Positions 1 through 12,868 of a stretch of DNA of 64,000 nt are shown piece after piece. Position numbers and translations under genes: made by a program. Numbering within the stretch: the stretch's first letter is position 1; each line of letters starts with the position of its first letter. The notes under the pieces were generated by a model. It was not told where the DNA came from. It saw only the letters and a program-made list of their open reading frames with translations, and did not search any database. This DNA comes from Camelus ferus (Eukaryota). The stretch is taken from positions 30,692,001 to 30,756,000 of the forward strand of contig NC_045697.1 in the NCBI RefSeq assembly GCF_009834535.1, given 5' to 3'.

Positions 1-158
1 TACAGCAAAACAAAACACCTCTTCAGTCATATCAGAATCTTAAGCAAATCTGACTTGCCATGGTCGGGACCCTGGAGTTGTTTCCTTGGCTGTGGAAGAC
101 CAGGTGGCCCAAACGATCGGAGAAGAAAAGCAAGTCCCACCAGGGCACTGAGTCCTAC

Positions 159-281
159 CTTGGTGTTGAAGTCCAGGGCGTTCTGAGACGTTTTGTATAA
201 TTCAGGATATTTCAACATATTCTCTTTTCTGCATGACCTCTCAAATATTCCCAGAGTTAAGGGCGGCATTGCTGTAAACAT
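159..281 (-). CDS. ATP8A1: ATP8A1 exon, 123 nt: [41 protein letters not shown] (TM6 and following loop)
   Basis: Acceptor cactttag|ATG, donor AAG|gtagga; N-terminal half of ORF 27..281. The ATG is an internal Met. Confidence 0.97.
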
Positions 282-385
282 CTAAAGTGCACAAACTAGT
301 CATTTCACCAGCCAGCCAAACACAGGGTGAACTTTTATCTCAAAGTATTCCAAGGAACAGGAATAATCAGAAGGCCTAAACTTAC

Positions 386-460
386 CACGTTATAAAGACC
401 TATGCACCATCTCTCAAAGAGGATCTGTCCAGAAAAGCCATTAACAAAGGCAAACCAGAT
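386..460 (-). CDS. ATP8A1: ATP8A1 exon, 75 nt: [25 protein letters not shown] (TM5-TM6)
   Basis: Acceptor cttcccag|ATC, donor GTG|gtaagt; lies within ORF 335..550. Confidence 0.97.
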
Positions 461-1218
461 CTGGGAAGAAAACAACCCCAAGACCCTCAAATTAGAACAC
501 AAAACCATAAACGCATTTCTTAGAATCTGCGGTAAACTCAACCACTGCATAACAGCGTCATTAACACAGCAGTTTCATGACTCTCTTGAAAATGGCATTT
601 CTTTGCTTCACTTTTTAATTTGAAGGGATGCTTTCATAAGGTCTTTGCTATTTAAGTCAGAATTGGTTCTACTTGTTGAATCAAAAAAGAACTATATCTA
701 TAGGCAATCAGATTTTTAAAAAGTTAGACAAAACTGTGTTTCCTAAAAGGTATTTTAGGGAACGTATTTTATGCCATTAAATTTTTAGAGCTTTAATTCC
801 CTTTTAAAATATCTACCTTCCGATAGATAAAGATTATTGTTATTTTTATTATAATATAAAATATGTCTATTTTTAAAAATTAAATAATTTCCTATAATAG
901 TCCCATCACCATTTGTTTTCTTCCGTGTTGGTTGTATTCATATAGTTCATTTATATATGTTCATAAATCTGTCCTCTGGAAACTAGTATGTAGTGTCATG
1001 TTCTGCTCCTCTCCTTCTTAACATTATATAATAGGCATTTTCTTATGTTGTTACATATCCTTTTAAATGATGTTAATGAATGTATATCCCCTACAGTGTG
1101 GCTATACCTATTTTTGGATATTTAGCTTGCTTTCAGTTTTTGCTATTATACGTAATTCCGAACTGAATATTCCTGCACAGAAATCCTACATATCTCTATT
1201 TCCTTAGGATTAATTCTT

Positions 1219-1391
1219 TTTTAATAAAAATAGCTTTATTGAGATAAAACTGATATACAAAAAAGACATACATTTACTGTATACATTTTGGTGAGTTTGG
1301 ACATGTGTGTACATTCATGAAATTGTCACCTAATCAAGGAAACATACATAGCCACCACCTCCAAAAATTTTCTTGTGTCCTTTTTCTTCTT
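1219..1391 (-). mobile_element. 5'-truncated L1 3' end (L1MA/MB-like) inserted into an older L1M fragment (~960-1450)
   Basis: Typical antisense L1 tail (agctttattgagata...ggtgagtttggaca). 15-bp target-site duplication ttaggat(t/g)aattctt at 1204-1218 and 1392-1406. Confidence 0.75.
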
Positions 1392-4300
1392 TTAGGATGA
1401 ATTCTTAGAAGTAGAATTAATGGGTCAAAGTACATAAGCTTTTAAAAAAATAGTTCTTGATAATGATAGCCATCATAATGCAAAATTTGAATTTATATAT
1501 TAAAAAATAGTTTTGTAACTTAAATTTATGCTTCAATTAAAAACAAATCTTTAATAGAGCATCATGTTCTTATATATTCTGCAGATAGCTTAAAACAGAA
1601 AGCTAACTTTTGATAAAAATTAAAGGGCAATATAGAGAACCTTTCTCCAACATGTTTAAGACAAATGGAAAATTAAAGTGAATATTAGTAAATCAATAAT
1701 CCCCACATTATTATTTGTTTTAAAAATGCAGACCTAAAATGTAATTAAAAATCAAGTTGATCTGGAAGAGTAAAATGTCTGGCCCAACAATGAAATCATA
1801 TAAACACAAACACAAAACCAAAACATAACAACAGCAACAAAAAAAACCCCTTAGGGGACAGCAGCCTTGAGGAGCCGGTCAAGTGAATTTCTGAATTGGA
1901 GTCGCAGGGACTTTGCTACACTTCACGTTTCATTTAACCTCATTATGGAAGCATGAATTGCTACAAATTCACCATTTATCAATATGTACCCAGGCCGGCC
2001 TCCCTATGAACAGTTTCTGCACCCACACTGATCTTTTTCCTTTTTATGGTGGAAAGGAATGACTGAGCATAGATAAAAATGAATGTCTGCTTCATGAGAT
2101 GGAAAAGAAAACAAAGTAGCAATAGCACATGAAAAGTAAGCCCAAATTGTGTTAAGGTTGTAACAGACATTAGCAACAACAAGAACAAAAGCATAAACAT
2201 GGGAGGCAAATCTGAAATTCTTACTTGCTCTGCTACATATATTTACAGGAATAAAACCTGACCATGTACCCTCAGTTAAGAGCCAGATCGTTCGTTGCTA
2301 TATGCAAATTTAGCATCTTCATGTGATGTTAAATTTACTCCTTGGGATGGTGCTGCTGACTCAAAACTTTTTTTTCAAAGCGTAAGTAGACACAAATTGA
2401 CAAGACTGACTTTAATGCTCCCTATTGTGTTTTCACAGTTGGCTTTTCTGAGATGTGGATTATGTAAATACATATTTGTGATCCTCTGGATGATGCCAGT
2501 GTTCTCCCTGAAGGCGACTGTGGTCTATTGTAGTATTACACACCAAGAAGCCAGTTCAGATTTCTTAGGGTATGATGGTAATATCTGGAATTTTTAAACA
2601 TGAACTTTCAATTATGGCTTTAGTAGTCTATGAAGATACATATAATCTTCATTGGTCTGAAGAAAGCTGAAGCTGCTTGCATACCAAATTTGTTTAACAG
2701 ACATGATTTGGCTTCAAGGTTATAGTTATAAGTGCATTTGCAATCACCAGTACTGGATAATATGAGAAATTCACGTTAATGAATTTCTGTGTGAATAAAC
2801 ATCTGTAAATGAATGGTCTCCTAGCTTCCCTGTACACAACATTCAGTGCTGGTTAAAATACCAGCTTGAAATTTAGGATCACTCAGATCACTGGATATTT
2901 ACATAAAGTTTCCAGTTCAAAATAACTTGCAAATAAACCAACATGTTTGCAGTTAAACTTTATTTTAAAATGTACCAGTTAACTGCTTTGGGAGACAAAT
3001 GCGGAAAATTTTAAGTGGAAAACCATTAACACATTTTTATCTTTTTATTTTTCCTACTGAAACATGTGAACATGTTTTTAGAAGGCCTCTTGCTGTATTT
3101 AAAAAAAAACTTAATATTCTAATTTCTTTTATTAAAAAAGGAGAAATAACTAGATAGGAATTGATCCTTGCAAGATAGTATCCTCTATCTTTGTACAAAT
3201 ATTTTGGCATTCAAGTTTACATCATTTAAAGGAAAAAAGTTTTTATGGTGAAGAAGTCTACTAGAAGGCTGATTTCAAGTCAGTCTGAGATTTGTAGTTG
3301 AAAGCTGTATTAGAAATGTATTCCATACTAAATAAAATGCCACCTAAATTACTATAAACACATCAAAGTCCCTCCTTTGACTCAATAAAACCAATGACGT
3401 GGAAAGAAAACATCAGCCCCTCTGGGAAGTTACCTACATTATTTAAATTCACAGGAAGTCCATATCCCAGCACAATTCTCTGGGAAAGTATCACCTCATT
3501 GACTTTAATCAAAGCTTCCGGAAATTAGAAATACTCTGTTGCTTTGGGATCTTCCTGGAAAACCTGGATGCGACTAACTGCTTGAAATAAAAGGTCTTAT
3601 TTTGCTAGGAAGGAGTCAGATGTTCCAGAGAAATGGGGAAAAAACAAAACGAAACAAAATCCCAAGTCTTTAGAAAATGCCAGTAATTTCAGTGAACACC
3701 TAGAGCTGCTGCTGGGCGGCCCCCACAAGTAAGTGCTTTACCCTGCCACCTGCCAAATCTGTATTTATTTGTTTGGCTGTAATTTACGGCAATGCAGTAG
3801 CTAGCTCGTGATATCCCTGGCAGGACAGCAATGGGAAAAGCAGTTTTTGCAGATAACCTATAAAACCATTAGTGTCCCATGCTATTCCTTTATTAGCAAA
3901 GAAACTTTGGACCTGCTTCTCCTGGTTTTATTTTCTAGCTTCCATGCCCCAGCAGAGGCGTGGCAGTTAAAGCTTCACAGACATTTCCCTGATGGAGCAT
4001 TTCTGCATATTAAACAGCAGCTTACAAACAGTCAGTGAGTCCTCTGCTCCCACGCCTGATCAGCACAAAAAACTGAAAGGAGAGGTTCGAGACTGGCAGT
4101 TGTCCCTCACTAGAGACATTCAATGATGTGTTTTCTGTCTATTCATCCACAGTATTGACATGAGCCATTAACATCTGCAGAACTTGTTTTAGCTGGCAAA
4201 AGTTGGGTATCTGGGAATTGATTTAAAAGGTCAATTCGTTTCCAAGATAGTTGAATTATATTCAAAATACATTAACATAAACTGCTAAAAGAAAAATAAC

Positions 4301-5413
4301 TTAAGAATGAGATTTCCAGTAAAGTTTAGGACGTACTTCCTTTTCAACATGTAAAGAATTTGATCAGTGTTAAATATCTCTCAAAGAGGCTTTAAATTCA
4401 AAGCCAAGTGAAATTCAGGGCTAATCAACCACAAATCGCATAACTCTGGGTTTGAAACAGAGCGTACAGATTTCGTTTTTCATTTGAGTTTAATATATTT
4501 TATTTCTCCCATTAGTGTGTAATTTTGACCACTTCGTCGTTGGTTGTCAAATAATATAGATTTAAAAAGTGGCAAGTTGAGTAGTCTTATTTCATTCTGA
4601 ACAATTAAATTTTTGTAAGCAGATTTATTACTGCCAGTGGCTTTAAACTCCTGCTACTTTCAAAAGTGTATGTAAAAAAACTGTATAAATTGATATTCTT
4701 TTGAATGTCAATGTTTTGGGATGAGAAGAAAATGCAACTACAAAAGTTAGAACTATAGAGAGGATTGGGTATCAAAAATAATTATTTTAGAAAAGAATCA
4801 CAAATTTATATAAAAGAGTTCTTTTTTTAATCTTATAAGCTTTTCTGGAAGTGCATTTTGCTTCAAAACACAGACTATTCCAGACCAAACTTAGTAATGA
4901 ACAATAAGTAAATTCATAGATTATCCTGTTTATGTTCCAAGTTCTTGATTATTTTACCTAATGGGTTGCAATCTAATGACAGCTTTTTAGTGACTGATAA
5001 ATAACCTGCCTGCATGCTTCAAACCTAAGTTTTCCCTTTACTAGTCTGATGCATAAAAAGAACTACGCTAAGTCAACATTTTGATAAGGAGATAAACATT
5101 CTGACAGGCATAAAGACCAGCTGAAGCAAACATACAGCAGCTACAACTAATTCATCAACAGGGGTAAGGGGGAATCTACTGAGTTTTTTGGTTTAAAGTG
5201 TTACTTCTGTGGTGTAAAATATGGGGTATTATTTCCACCTGGCAAATGGTTAGGTTCTGTCTTTCCTGATCGATGGGCAGAAACAGTGAACAGAGTCGAG
5301 GGCAAGGTGGCATAAGCAAACATCTGTAAGGGAGCCTGGAGCAGATTTACGAGGGCATAGGCAGCTCCTCTGACAGGAGTGGAAGATAGAGGGATTTCTT
5401 AAGAAGCTATGGA

Positions 5414-5567
5414 GGGGGCAGGGTATAGCTCAAGTGGCAGAGCGCATGCCTAGCATGCAACAAGGTCCTGGGTTCAAACCCCGGTCCCTCCTCTAAACAA
5501 ATAAGTAAACCTAGTTACCTATAACCTCCCTGACCCCCACCACCACACACACAAAAAGAAAAAAAAT
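5414..5567 (+). mobile_element. tRNA-derived SINE, Vic-1-like (camelid)
   Basis: GGGG..GGGTATAGCTCAAGTGG A-box, GGTTCAAACCC B-box, non-tRNA body (aataagtaaacct), C-rich stretch and A tail; homologous to the copies at 8.2-8.5 kb. Confidence 0.85.
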
Positions 5568-5695
5568 GCTTTGTGAAGCCTCAAGAGGAGCAAGGAATAA
5601 GCATTACAAATATTGTTTCTGATGATAAAATGGTAAAAAAAAAAAAAAAAGTAACTTGCGTACCACACCCTGAATCTGCTTATTCATCTATTAGT

Positions 5696-6000
5696 GTCGT
5701 GCTATCCACGGTGGTAGCCACTGGCTACGCGGCTCCCTGAACACTTGAAATGTGATTAGTCCAAACTGAGATATACTCTAAGTGTAAAATACACACCAGA
5801 TTTTGAACATTTAGTGTGAAGGAAAAAAGTGAGATACTGTATTAATAATATATGCTGAAATGATAATATTGAATATATCCAGTTAATTGAAAGATAATTA
5901 AAACATTTATTTAGGCTTTAATTTTTTTTACTTGTTCACATGGCTCCTAGAAAATGTGCATTCACACATGCAGCTTGTTTTATGTTTCTGTTGGCAAGCT
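5696..6000 (+). mobile_element. hAT-Charlie MITE, MER33-like
   Basis: ggtagccact...cacttgaaatgtg...gtgtaaaatacacaccagatttt...tggctcctagaaaat follows the remembered MER33 consensus over about 300 bp. Confidence 0.75.
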
Positions 6001-6780
6001 CCAACAGAACCTTGCTTGATTTACTTTATAGCTGCTGAACTAAGCCTGGGGCCTGGCATCCAGCAGGTACTGTAAAAATGTTCGCAGAACAAAATGCATC
6101 CTCTTAGAAGCGATATTCCTGACCCAGGTTATGTTTTCATGTTAAATGATGTCATATTTGCTACATGAAAAGGAATATAGAAATTTCTTGTTATCCAGAC
6201 ACAGGAAGTGAGTCTTCTAATTTTTAGACAAATTCCTCATTGTCTGGACTCAACTTACCAAACTCAGAAACCAAAACAAGGGATCCTTGTATATAATTAT
6301 CTAAGTTTGAACTACGAGAAGGCTAAGAACTGCAAGGTGGCCAATACCAGCAAAGCCACCCGTGCCTCCTACCAGATTAGATCCCCTGGTAGAGCTGACA
6401 TCCCCAGTTTTCTGTCCACTGTCCCTTCCTTTTCTTTTTAAACACCGTCTTCCTTGTTTGCATCCCGAAACAGCGTATCGTTTTCTCTCATGTTTTTGAG
6501 CTTTATAAAAAAATGCTATAGAGTTTGCAGTCTTTTAAAACCTGAACACATTAGTTTATGACCAATTGTAATTCAACATTTCTAACCAAAGCTGTAGCAT
6601 GTTTTTAGTCAGAATTTAAACCTTGTTCTCCATGGCTGACAAACGTGTTGTTTTAACAGATTAAGAAGTTAGAAAAAGTGGGCAAATATAGGATTAATTA
6701 CAATGATGAGAAAATGTCCTCACCAAGAGAATTCTCACGTACATGCGCAGATGACAAGGATTTTAAACGGAACGTGTTAC

Positions 6781-6891
6781 CTCGATGATGTAGAGGACGA
6801 TGTTCTTGTAGAAGCAGTACAAAATGCACTTGGAGACTCTGTTATAGTTCCAGGCACCATGAACCATCAATAAATTCTTCAAATACTTGAA
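6781..6891 (-). CDS. ATP8A1: ATP8A1 exon, 111 nt: [37 protein letters not shown] (start of TM5)
   Basis: Acceptor cattttag|TTC, donor GAG|gtaaca; 37 codons; conserved P4-ATPase FYKN motif. Confidence 0.97.
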
Positions 6892-6981
6892 CTAAAATGA
6901 GAGTGGGAAAAAATTAGTATTTTCCTCTTCAGAGGGCAGCTGCGCGGGACGAACGGTGTGTCCCGCGGGGCGACGAGGTAC

Positions 6982-7165
6982 CTGCGCTATGGAGTAATCG
7001 GAGGAATTAGCCGCCTGAAGGCCTTCGTTGCCGCTGATCCCAACCCCCACGTGTGCCGTCTGGATCATGCTGACGTCATTTGCTCCATCCCCGATGGCAA
7101 GGGTTATGACTTTAACTTGTTTTTTAACCATCTCAACGACTTCAGATTTTTGAAGTGGAGAAACC
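6982..7165 (-). CDS. ATP8A1: ATP8A1 exon, 184 nt: (R)[61 protein letters not shown]
   Basis: Acceptor (t)36atctaaag|G, donor CAG|gtacct; contains the GDGAND motif; overlaps ORF 6892..7131. Confidence 0.97.
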
Positions 7166-7171
7166 CTTTAG

Positions 7172-7173
<2 letters not shown>

Positions 7174-7209
<36 letters not shown>
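7174..7209. repeat. (A)36 homopolymer, read as the poly-U pyrimidine tract of an ATP8A1 acceptor
   Basis: Directly counted; on the minus strand it ends 8 nt before the exon starting at 7165. Confidence 0.95.
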
Positions 7210-7214
<5 letters not shown>

Positions 7215-8212
7215 TAACTTCGTTTTCTGAAAAAGAATTTTGAGATGTTATAGTCCTGAAGGATAAAAGCAGCAGAAGAGGCAAATGACTAGGTCTCTGA
7301 AGAATCATCATGGAAAAGCCCTAGGTTTACAAATGTTTAGCTCTCTGTGAGCCTGGCTGGCCACTTTTAGGGAAAAAATAAGGCCCTGGGAGCAAACCTC
7401 TAGGTGAGAGAAACTACAATGCCTTGCTAAGCATCAGTGTACCAGAATGCTTGCAGACATTTGTTAAAAAATGACATCTGAGTTCAGAAATTCCATTACT
7501 TCCTAACAAATAACATCAGAATGTCTAATTCCTCATTTTTGACTGAAAAAGAAAGCCAGAAAGGCTGTTGAGTGGTGTCCAAATACCAACTAAACCCTAC
7601 ACTACACGTGGAAAATAAAAGTTTCGAGCCTCTGCAAGCTGACTTTAGATGATGGACTATACATTTAGAACGACTTAAACCTTTACTTGAATTAACAGTA
7701 GGGAACTGGCTAACTTCTCAACCTGTCCTCAGGCACCCTGGTGAATCAACCAGAGTCAATACCAAGCACTTGATTGCAAAGCTCATGTGCCTCAGTCTTC
7801 TTCCAAAGCTACTGACAATGGCCAAGTAGAATCAAGCAACCTTTAACAGAAAGGCAGGTCAGGAACAGGGAACACGAGCATTCACACTAAAATCGTATTT
7901 GGTGTTACCTTTGGAGCAACTTATCACAGACTTTTAAAAGCCGTTTAAGAAATAAACCCCATGACAATCACAGAAGAGCTCCATGACAGAAAACATCAGT
8001 GTGATTGACTTATACTGTCCACATGGTCTTGGTGATTAAAGAGAAAGAAAGGAAAACTGAACAGTGAACTGGCTCAGTAAACTATTAAGTAAACTGAGAA
8101 ACACGTAATATATACAGTGTTAGTGGACAATAGAAACAACTCAGAGCTAAACTCTTTATCAAGGTTAAGTGCAGTACATACCTGCAGGAACATGATTAAT
8201 TATTTATTATTT

Positions 8213-8343
8213 GGGGTGGGAGTGGGTATAGCTCAGTGGTAGAGTGCATGCCCAGCATGCATGTGGTCCTGGGTTCAAGCCCCAGTACCTCCATTAAAAA
8301 GAAATAAATTAACATAATCACCTACCCCTCTCCCTGCAAAAAA
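8213..8343 (+). mobile_element. tRNA-derived SINE, Vic-1-like (first of a tandem pair)
   Basis: gggtatagctcagtggtagag A-box, gggttcaagccc B-box, same body and tail as the 5414 copy. Confidence 0.85.
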
Positions 8344-8376
8344 GCAGTATCTCTAGCAAACTCCAAAAACTTATTT

Positions 8377-8524
8377 GGAGAGGGGATAGCTCAGTGGTAG
8401 AGCATGTACTTGGCATGCACGAGATTCTGCATTCAATCCCCAGGACCTTCATTTAAAAAATAAATAAATAAACCTAACCCCCCACAAGTAATCCCCTCCC
8501 CCCAAAAAAACAACAAATAACAAA
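8377..8524 (+). mobile_element. tRNA-derived SINE, Vic-1-like (second of a tandem pair)
   Basis: gggatagctcagtggtagag A-box, degraded B-box gcattcaatccc, taaataaataaacctaa body, C-rich stretch and A tail. Confidence 0.85.
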
Positions 8525-9378
8525 TATCATTTGTTATTCTACTTAGAAATGGAGATCATGACTCTGCAAGACTCAATACATCTTTGCATGTTTCCCTGAT
8601 TATTCCCTTAGGAAAAATTCCTCGCAGTTGATATTGTGCATAAACATGTGCTTTCAGGAGGTCCAGCTGCCCTTCTCAAAGGCTTTAGCCAAGAACAGAT
8701 CCGGTCTTTATTTCAAGTTTGAGATTCACTGCGTTAGGCTCTGAGTTGATGCAGAGTGAACCAGTCTCCTCATCTTCGTATTCCTAGTGCTGATCCAGAA
8801 TAGGTACTCAATAAACGGCTGCTGCATGAAAGAATTATTTTTAATTCTTTCTTTGGATTTCCTTTCGGAGTCTGGTGATAGCACCAAGTGACAACTGTGA
8901 CACAGGAAGGGAATGGATAAATGTCAGGCCATGAATGGGCTTTTCCACTGTGAGCCCTCATTTTTCTTCAAAGCAATTTTCAATTCATTTTCACATTTTA
9001 TTTAATTTTTTTTAACAGGCTAATATAAATTGGTAAGCCCACTGGCTCTAGGCCAATGTTTTCAACATGGACTACGGCTGACATTTAGTAAATGTCAAAA
9101 AAGAATGCTCACCTAGAAATGATCTAAAAAGAAAATGGGAAATGGGCATGAAAAGAGAAAAGCATTTGAAAACATTGATCAAATTCCCTTTACAATTTAA
9201 CAGGCTCACGACGTACATCCATTGTGAAGTCACACCATGGAATCAATGGAGCCTTGAAACACTGGTATTGTTCTTTATTTTTTTTTCTCCCCATATGCTG
9301 AATGTGTAATAAAGAAGAAATCTCTGCACAGGGAGCTAATATTAGTAATTTAAAGGAGCATCAGAGAAGAGCTGGATT

Positions 9379-9521
9379 CAAAAATCTTATGGTAGCTCAC
9401 AGAGAAAAAAAATGTGACAATGAGTGTGTATATGTCCATGTATGACTGAAAAATTGTGCTGAACACTGGAATTTGACACAACATTGTAAAATGATTATAA
9501 ATCAATTAAAAAAAAAAAGAA
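9379..9521 (+). mobile_element. Young, heavily 5'-truncated L1 3' end
   Basis: Perfect 12-bp TSD aagagctggatt (9367-9378 and 9522-9533), poly-A tail, closely similar to 15790-15915. Confidence 0.85.
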
Positions 9522-12500
9522 AAGAGCTGGATTAAACTTCATTATCTTTTTTCATGGCTATTACAACCAACCAGTGCTTTCTCTGCTTGACACTGCAATT
9601 TTCAATACCCCCAAATTAAAATCAGCTGAAGATTTTATACCAACTCTGTGGGTGTGGCTAACTCAGGTATTAAAAACAGAGTATGAGCTCCCTTGGCAAG
9701 AACAATGCTTTTTTTTTTTTTTTAAATATGATGATGTAGTGAGAGACATCCCCCAAATTACACTGCAGCTGCTACGAGCAAGGGTATCTGCTTCCATTAT
9801 CAAGATAAAAGTAGACAACTGGCTTGGAAGAAGACTCAAGAAACAGAGGAAGCCCTGGTATCTGACGGGTTTGAAATAGCGGTGGGTTGCTAAACAAAGA
9901 TGTTAGATTTAAGTGGGGACTCATAAAATAAAATGTATCCACTTAAAACATTTAACTCAAGATATAAATGTACCAGCTTGTGATGTAGGGCAAAGAACCT
10001 TACTCTGCAAAGGAGTTTGTTTTTACAATTCTGCCTATTTTTCTTGCAGAAATCTCACTGATGAGGCACAATCCATGGTTTGTTTCATTAAGTGAGGACT
10101 AGAATGTAATGATGCCCCTCCCCCCAGTTTATTATGATCTTACCCCAAGTTCAACAGCATATTTTTTAAAGTTTTTCTAGAACATGATACTTGGTTTTCC
10201 TAGCAACAATTCTGACTAGATTACTTTTTGACGACTTGCATCTAATTAAATGATGATTACTTTAAGGAGTACAACAGGAATACACAGATTAAGGAACAAG
10301 CACCCACAGAGTCCCAGTAAGCATCAAGTGGACTCATGCAAGCAGAAGTGCAGGCAGGCACTAAAGACTGTCCTTCCAGGTCTGGGCATGATGGGCGGTG
10401 GGCAACCACCAGCATGTCTTAGGGAGGGAATGTGGTTTAATGGGACTCAGCTCAGTCAAGCTGAACTCAGTTCAACAGATCTTCTATTTCTTTTATAGCA
10501 TCCATTTGAAAAAGCTGTTCCTTGCTACAAGGGGGCTCTACAAGATAGCAAAACCAAATTATAAGACATTAAAAATGAGTGCTGCATAAGGCTGTTTCAT
10601 CTACTTGCCAGTTCTTAACAATTTCAGAGGATGTCGAAATTAGCATGGGCTGCAAAAGCCTTCTTTGATGAGTTAGAATTTGACGTGGCCTTGACCAGGA
10701 GAGGAGTGCTCACATCACAGAAATAGCACATATTAAATTTCTTTAACCTCATGTTAGAAATTCTCCAGAATATATTCCTTTCTACTGTTGTGTTTCCACC
10801 TTATAAAAGATCACCTCCTTCACTCATTAGAGTTTACTTTAACTTTTGTACACTTGCTTCTGTATTGGTACAATTTCCAGAATAGTCTAGGACAATCTTA
10901 CCACACAAGTTAACTCTTCCAAATGTCTATCAAGAACCACAAATCCATGATTGAAATGATCTCAAACCTAAATTTTACAAATACCAATAGTGATCCAATG
11001 CACAGCTCAGAAATATCATAGAAGCACTCTGTTTTCTACTCTAGTTTTATAAAAAAATTTTTTATAATCACCAGTGGGTCTGCATCAGGACATAAATTAT
11101 TCACGGTTCTCTTCTCTTCCACTGTCACTCTTTTTTCTTTGTAAGAAGGCAGAGACTCTGTGGAAAAGGACTACACATTCAGCATAGGCTGTCAAGTCCA
11201 GCTTTCTTCCTCGTGACTCCACAAACAGAGGGTGGTCCTTTGCGACACAACCTAGCAGTGCACTGAGTGCAACATGCTCTTCAGATATGATTTTGGCTGC
11301 AGTTTCCACACGTGTTATTCATTATTTTTCTTATTTGCTATGTAGTAACTCTCTGCCCTGTGAACATTAGGTCGGAGCACTGGAAATTTTTACCATTTAA
11401 GCTGGAAAGCATATGGGGAAGCCCATCTCATACGAGCTGCATTTGGCACCCTTTTAATGGGATTAGCTAAATGAATCACCTTTTTGAATGGAATAAGGAT
11501 TATATGAGCATGTATATACACAGTCACATAATAAAGAATATCTGAAGGGAATTTTTATAGGTAGCTAACAGGAGTACAATAATTTATCTTACTGTGTTGT
11601 GTTTTTAGGTTAACAACCTAGAAAAATCTCACATGTACACTAGAAGTTATGCTGATAATACATTCACTTAAAAATTTATATTGTAAACTTACAAGTTACT
11701 ATAAAGTTGCTTTTGGGAAGTAAATCTAGAAAAAATTAAGAACATGGAGTAACATCATCTTTCTTTATTATCCTGAAGTGCTTTGCATAATGACCCCATA
11801 TGGATAGAGCCCCTGTATTTACTAAGCCTGAGGGCTTGCTCCTGATGGCTATCAAGAGGTCAGGGTCATTGGTGGGGGATCTGCTGTACTTTGCTTTGCA
11901 ACAAACTTCCTAAGTTTTCTCTTTGTGAATATCAGTCTATTCCCCATTGAGTCATATTATGATGACTAATAAAGAAATTACACAAGGGGAGAAAAACCTA
12001 AGAGAAAAATTTATGAGATCTTACTTAACTCTTTGTTGAACTAAAATTTGCTAGGCTCATTTATAAAGTTTTGAACCGAGGAGGAGTTAAAATAGGGCAA
12101 AAAAAAAAAAAAAAATCTGTGTTACATGTACCCAAATTACATAAATATTATAAACACTTCTAGAAACTCACCATCAATTTATTACTGGAATGAAAACAGC
12201 TGCTTAAAAAGCAAATCCTAAAAATGATTCTTAGCACAGGGCACACAATGAAACATTCACCCACTTCTAGGTGAGAGACTTGTGATGTTCAAGTGACTGA
12301 TGAGTGGGTGCTCCCCCAGCCTCCAAATGATGAGTGAGTGCTCGCTCCCCTAGCCTCCAAAAGCAACATCTGTGGATGCCCTGTGAAGGCAGAGGCATCA
12401 AGGGGAACTTACAACGTGGGGAATCTACAGAAATAAAATGCAGATAGCCTTGCCATAGGACAAAAAAGGAAAGTAACTTTAAAAAAGATTTCTTTTTGCA

Positions 12501-12787
12501 ATGCATCTTAGATGCAAAACTTCTCTTTTGCGGAATTTATGTTGTTATAGGTAAACTTTGGTTTCAATGGTTCAGAAAATATTTTAAATAACGACTGACC
12601 ATATGGATAGTGTATGTTTGAATATGCATGTATGTGTGTGTGTGTAGGCACCCCAAACTACTAACTGGCAAAGATACCTTATAAAAGGCACTAAAAACAA
12701 AGCTCCTTCTAGTAGAAATCTTTATCACTGTAGTCACACCACAGAAAAGTTTGTCCACAGTGGTACCATTCATTAAAAAAAAGGTTG

Positions 12788-12788
<1 letters not shown>

Positions 12789-12868
<80 letters not shown>
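12789..12868. repeat. Compound microsatellite (TCTG)7(TCTA)13
   Basis: Directly counted. Confidence 0.97.

Noticed and set aside
1235..1240. Gene-sense AATAAA from an L1 tail as an intronic poly(A) site
   Set aside because: The hexamer is very common in these AT-rich introns and there is no other support.
6958..7230. 90-aa plus-strand ORF ending in poly-Lys
   Set aside because: It is the antisense shadow of an ATP8A1 exon, and the Lys run is the A36 tract.
5414..8524. Three tRNA-like sequences as real tRNA genes
   Set aside because: They have A/B boxes but diverged stems, and share a non-tRNA body and A tail, so they are SINEs.
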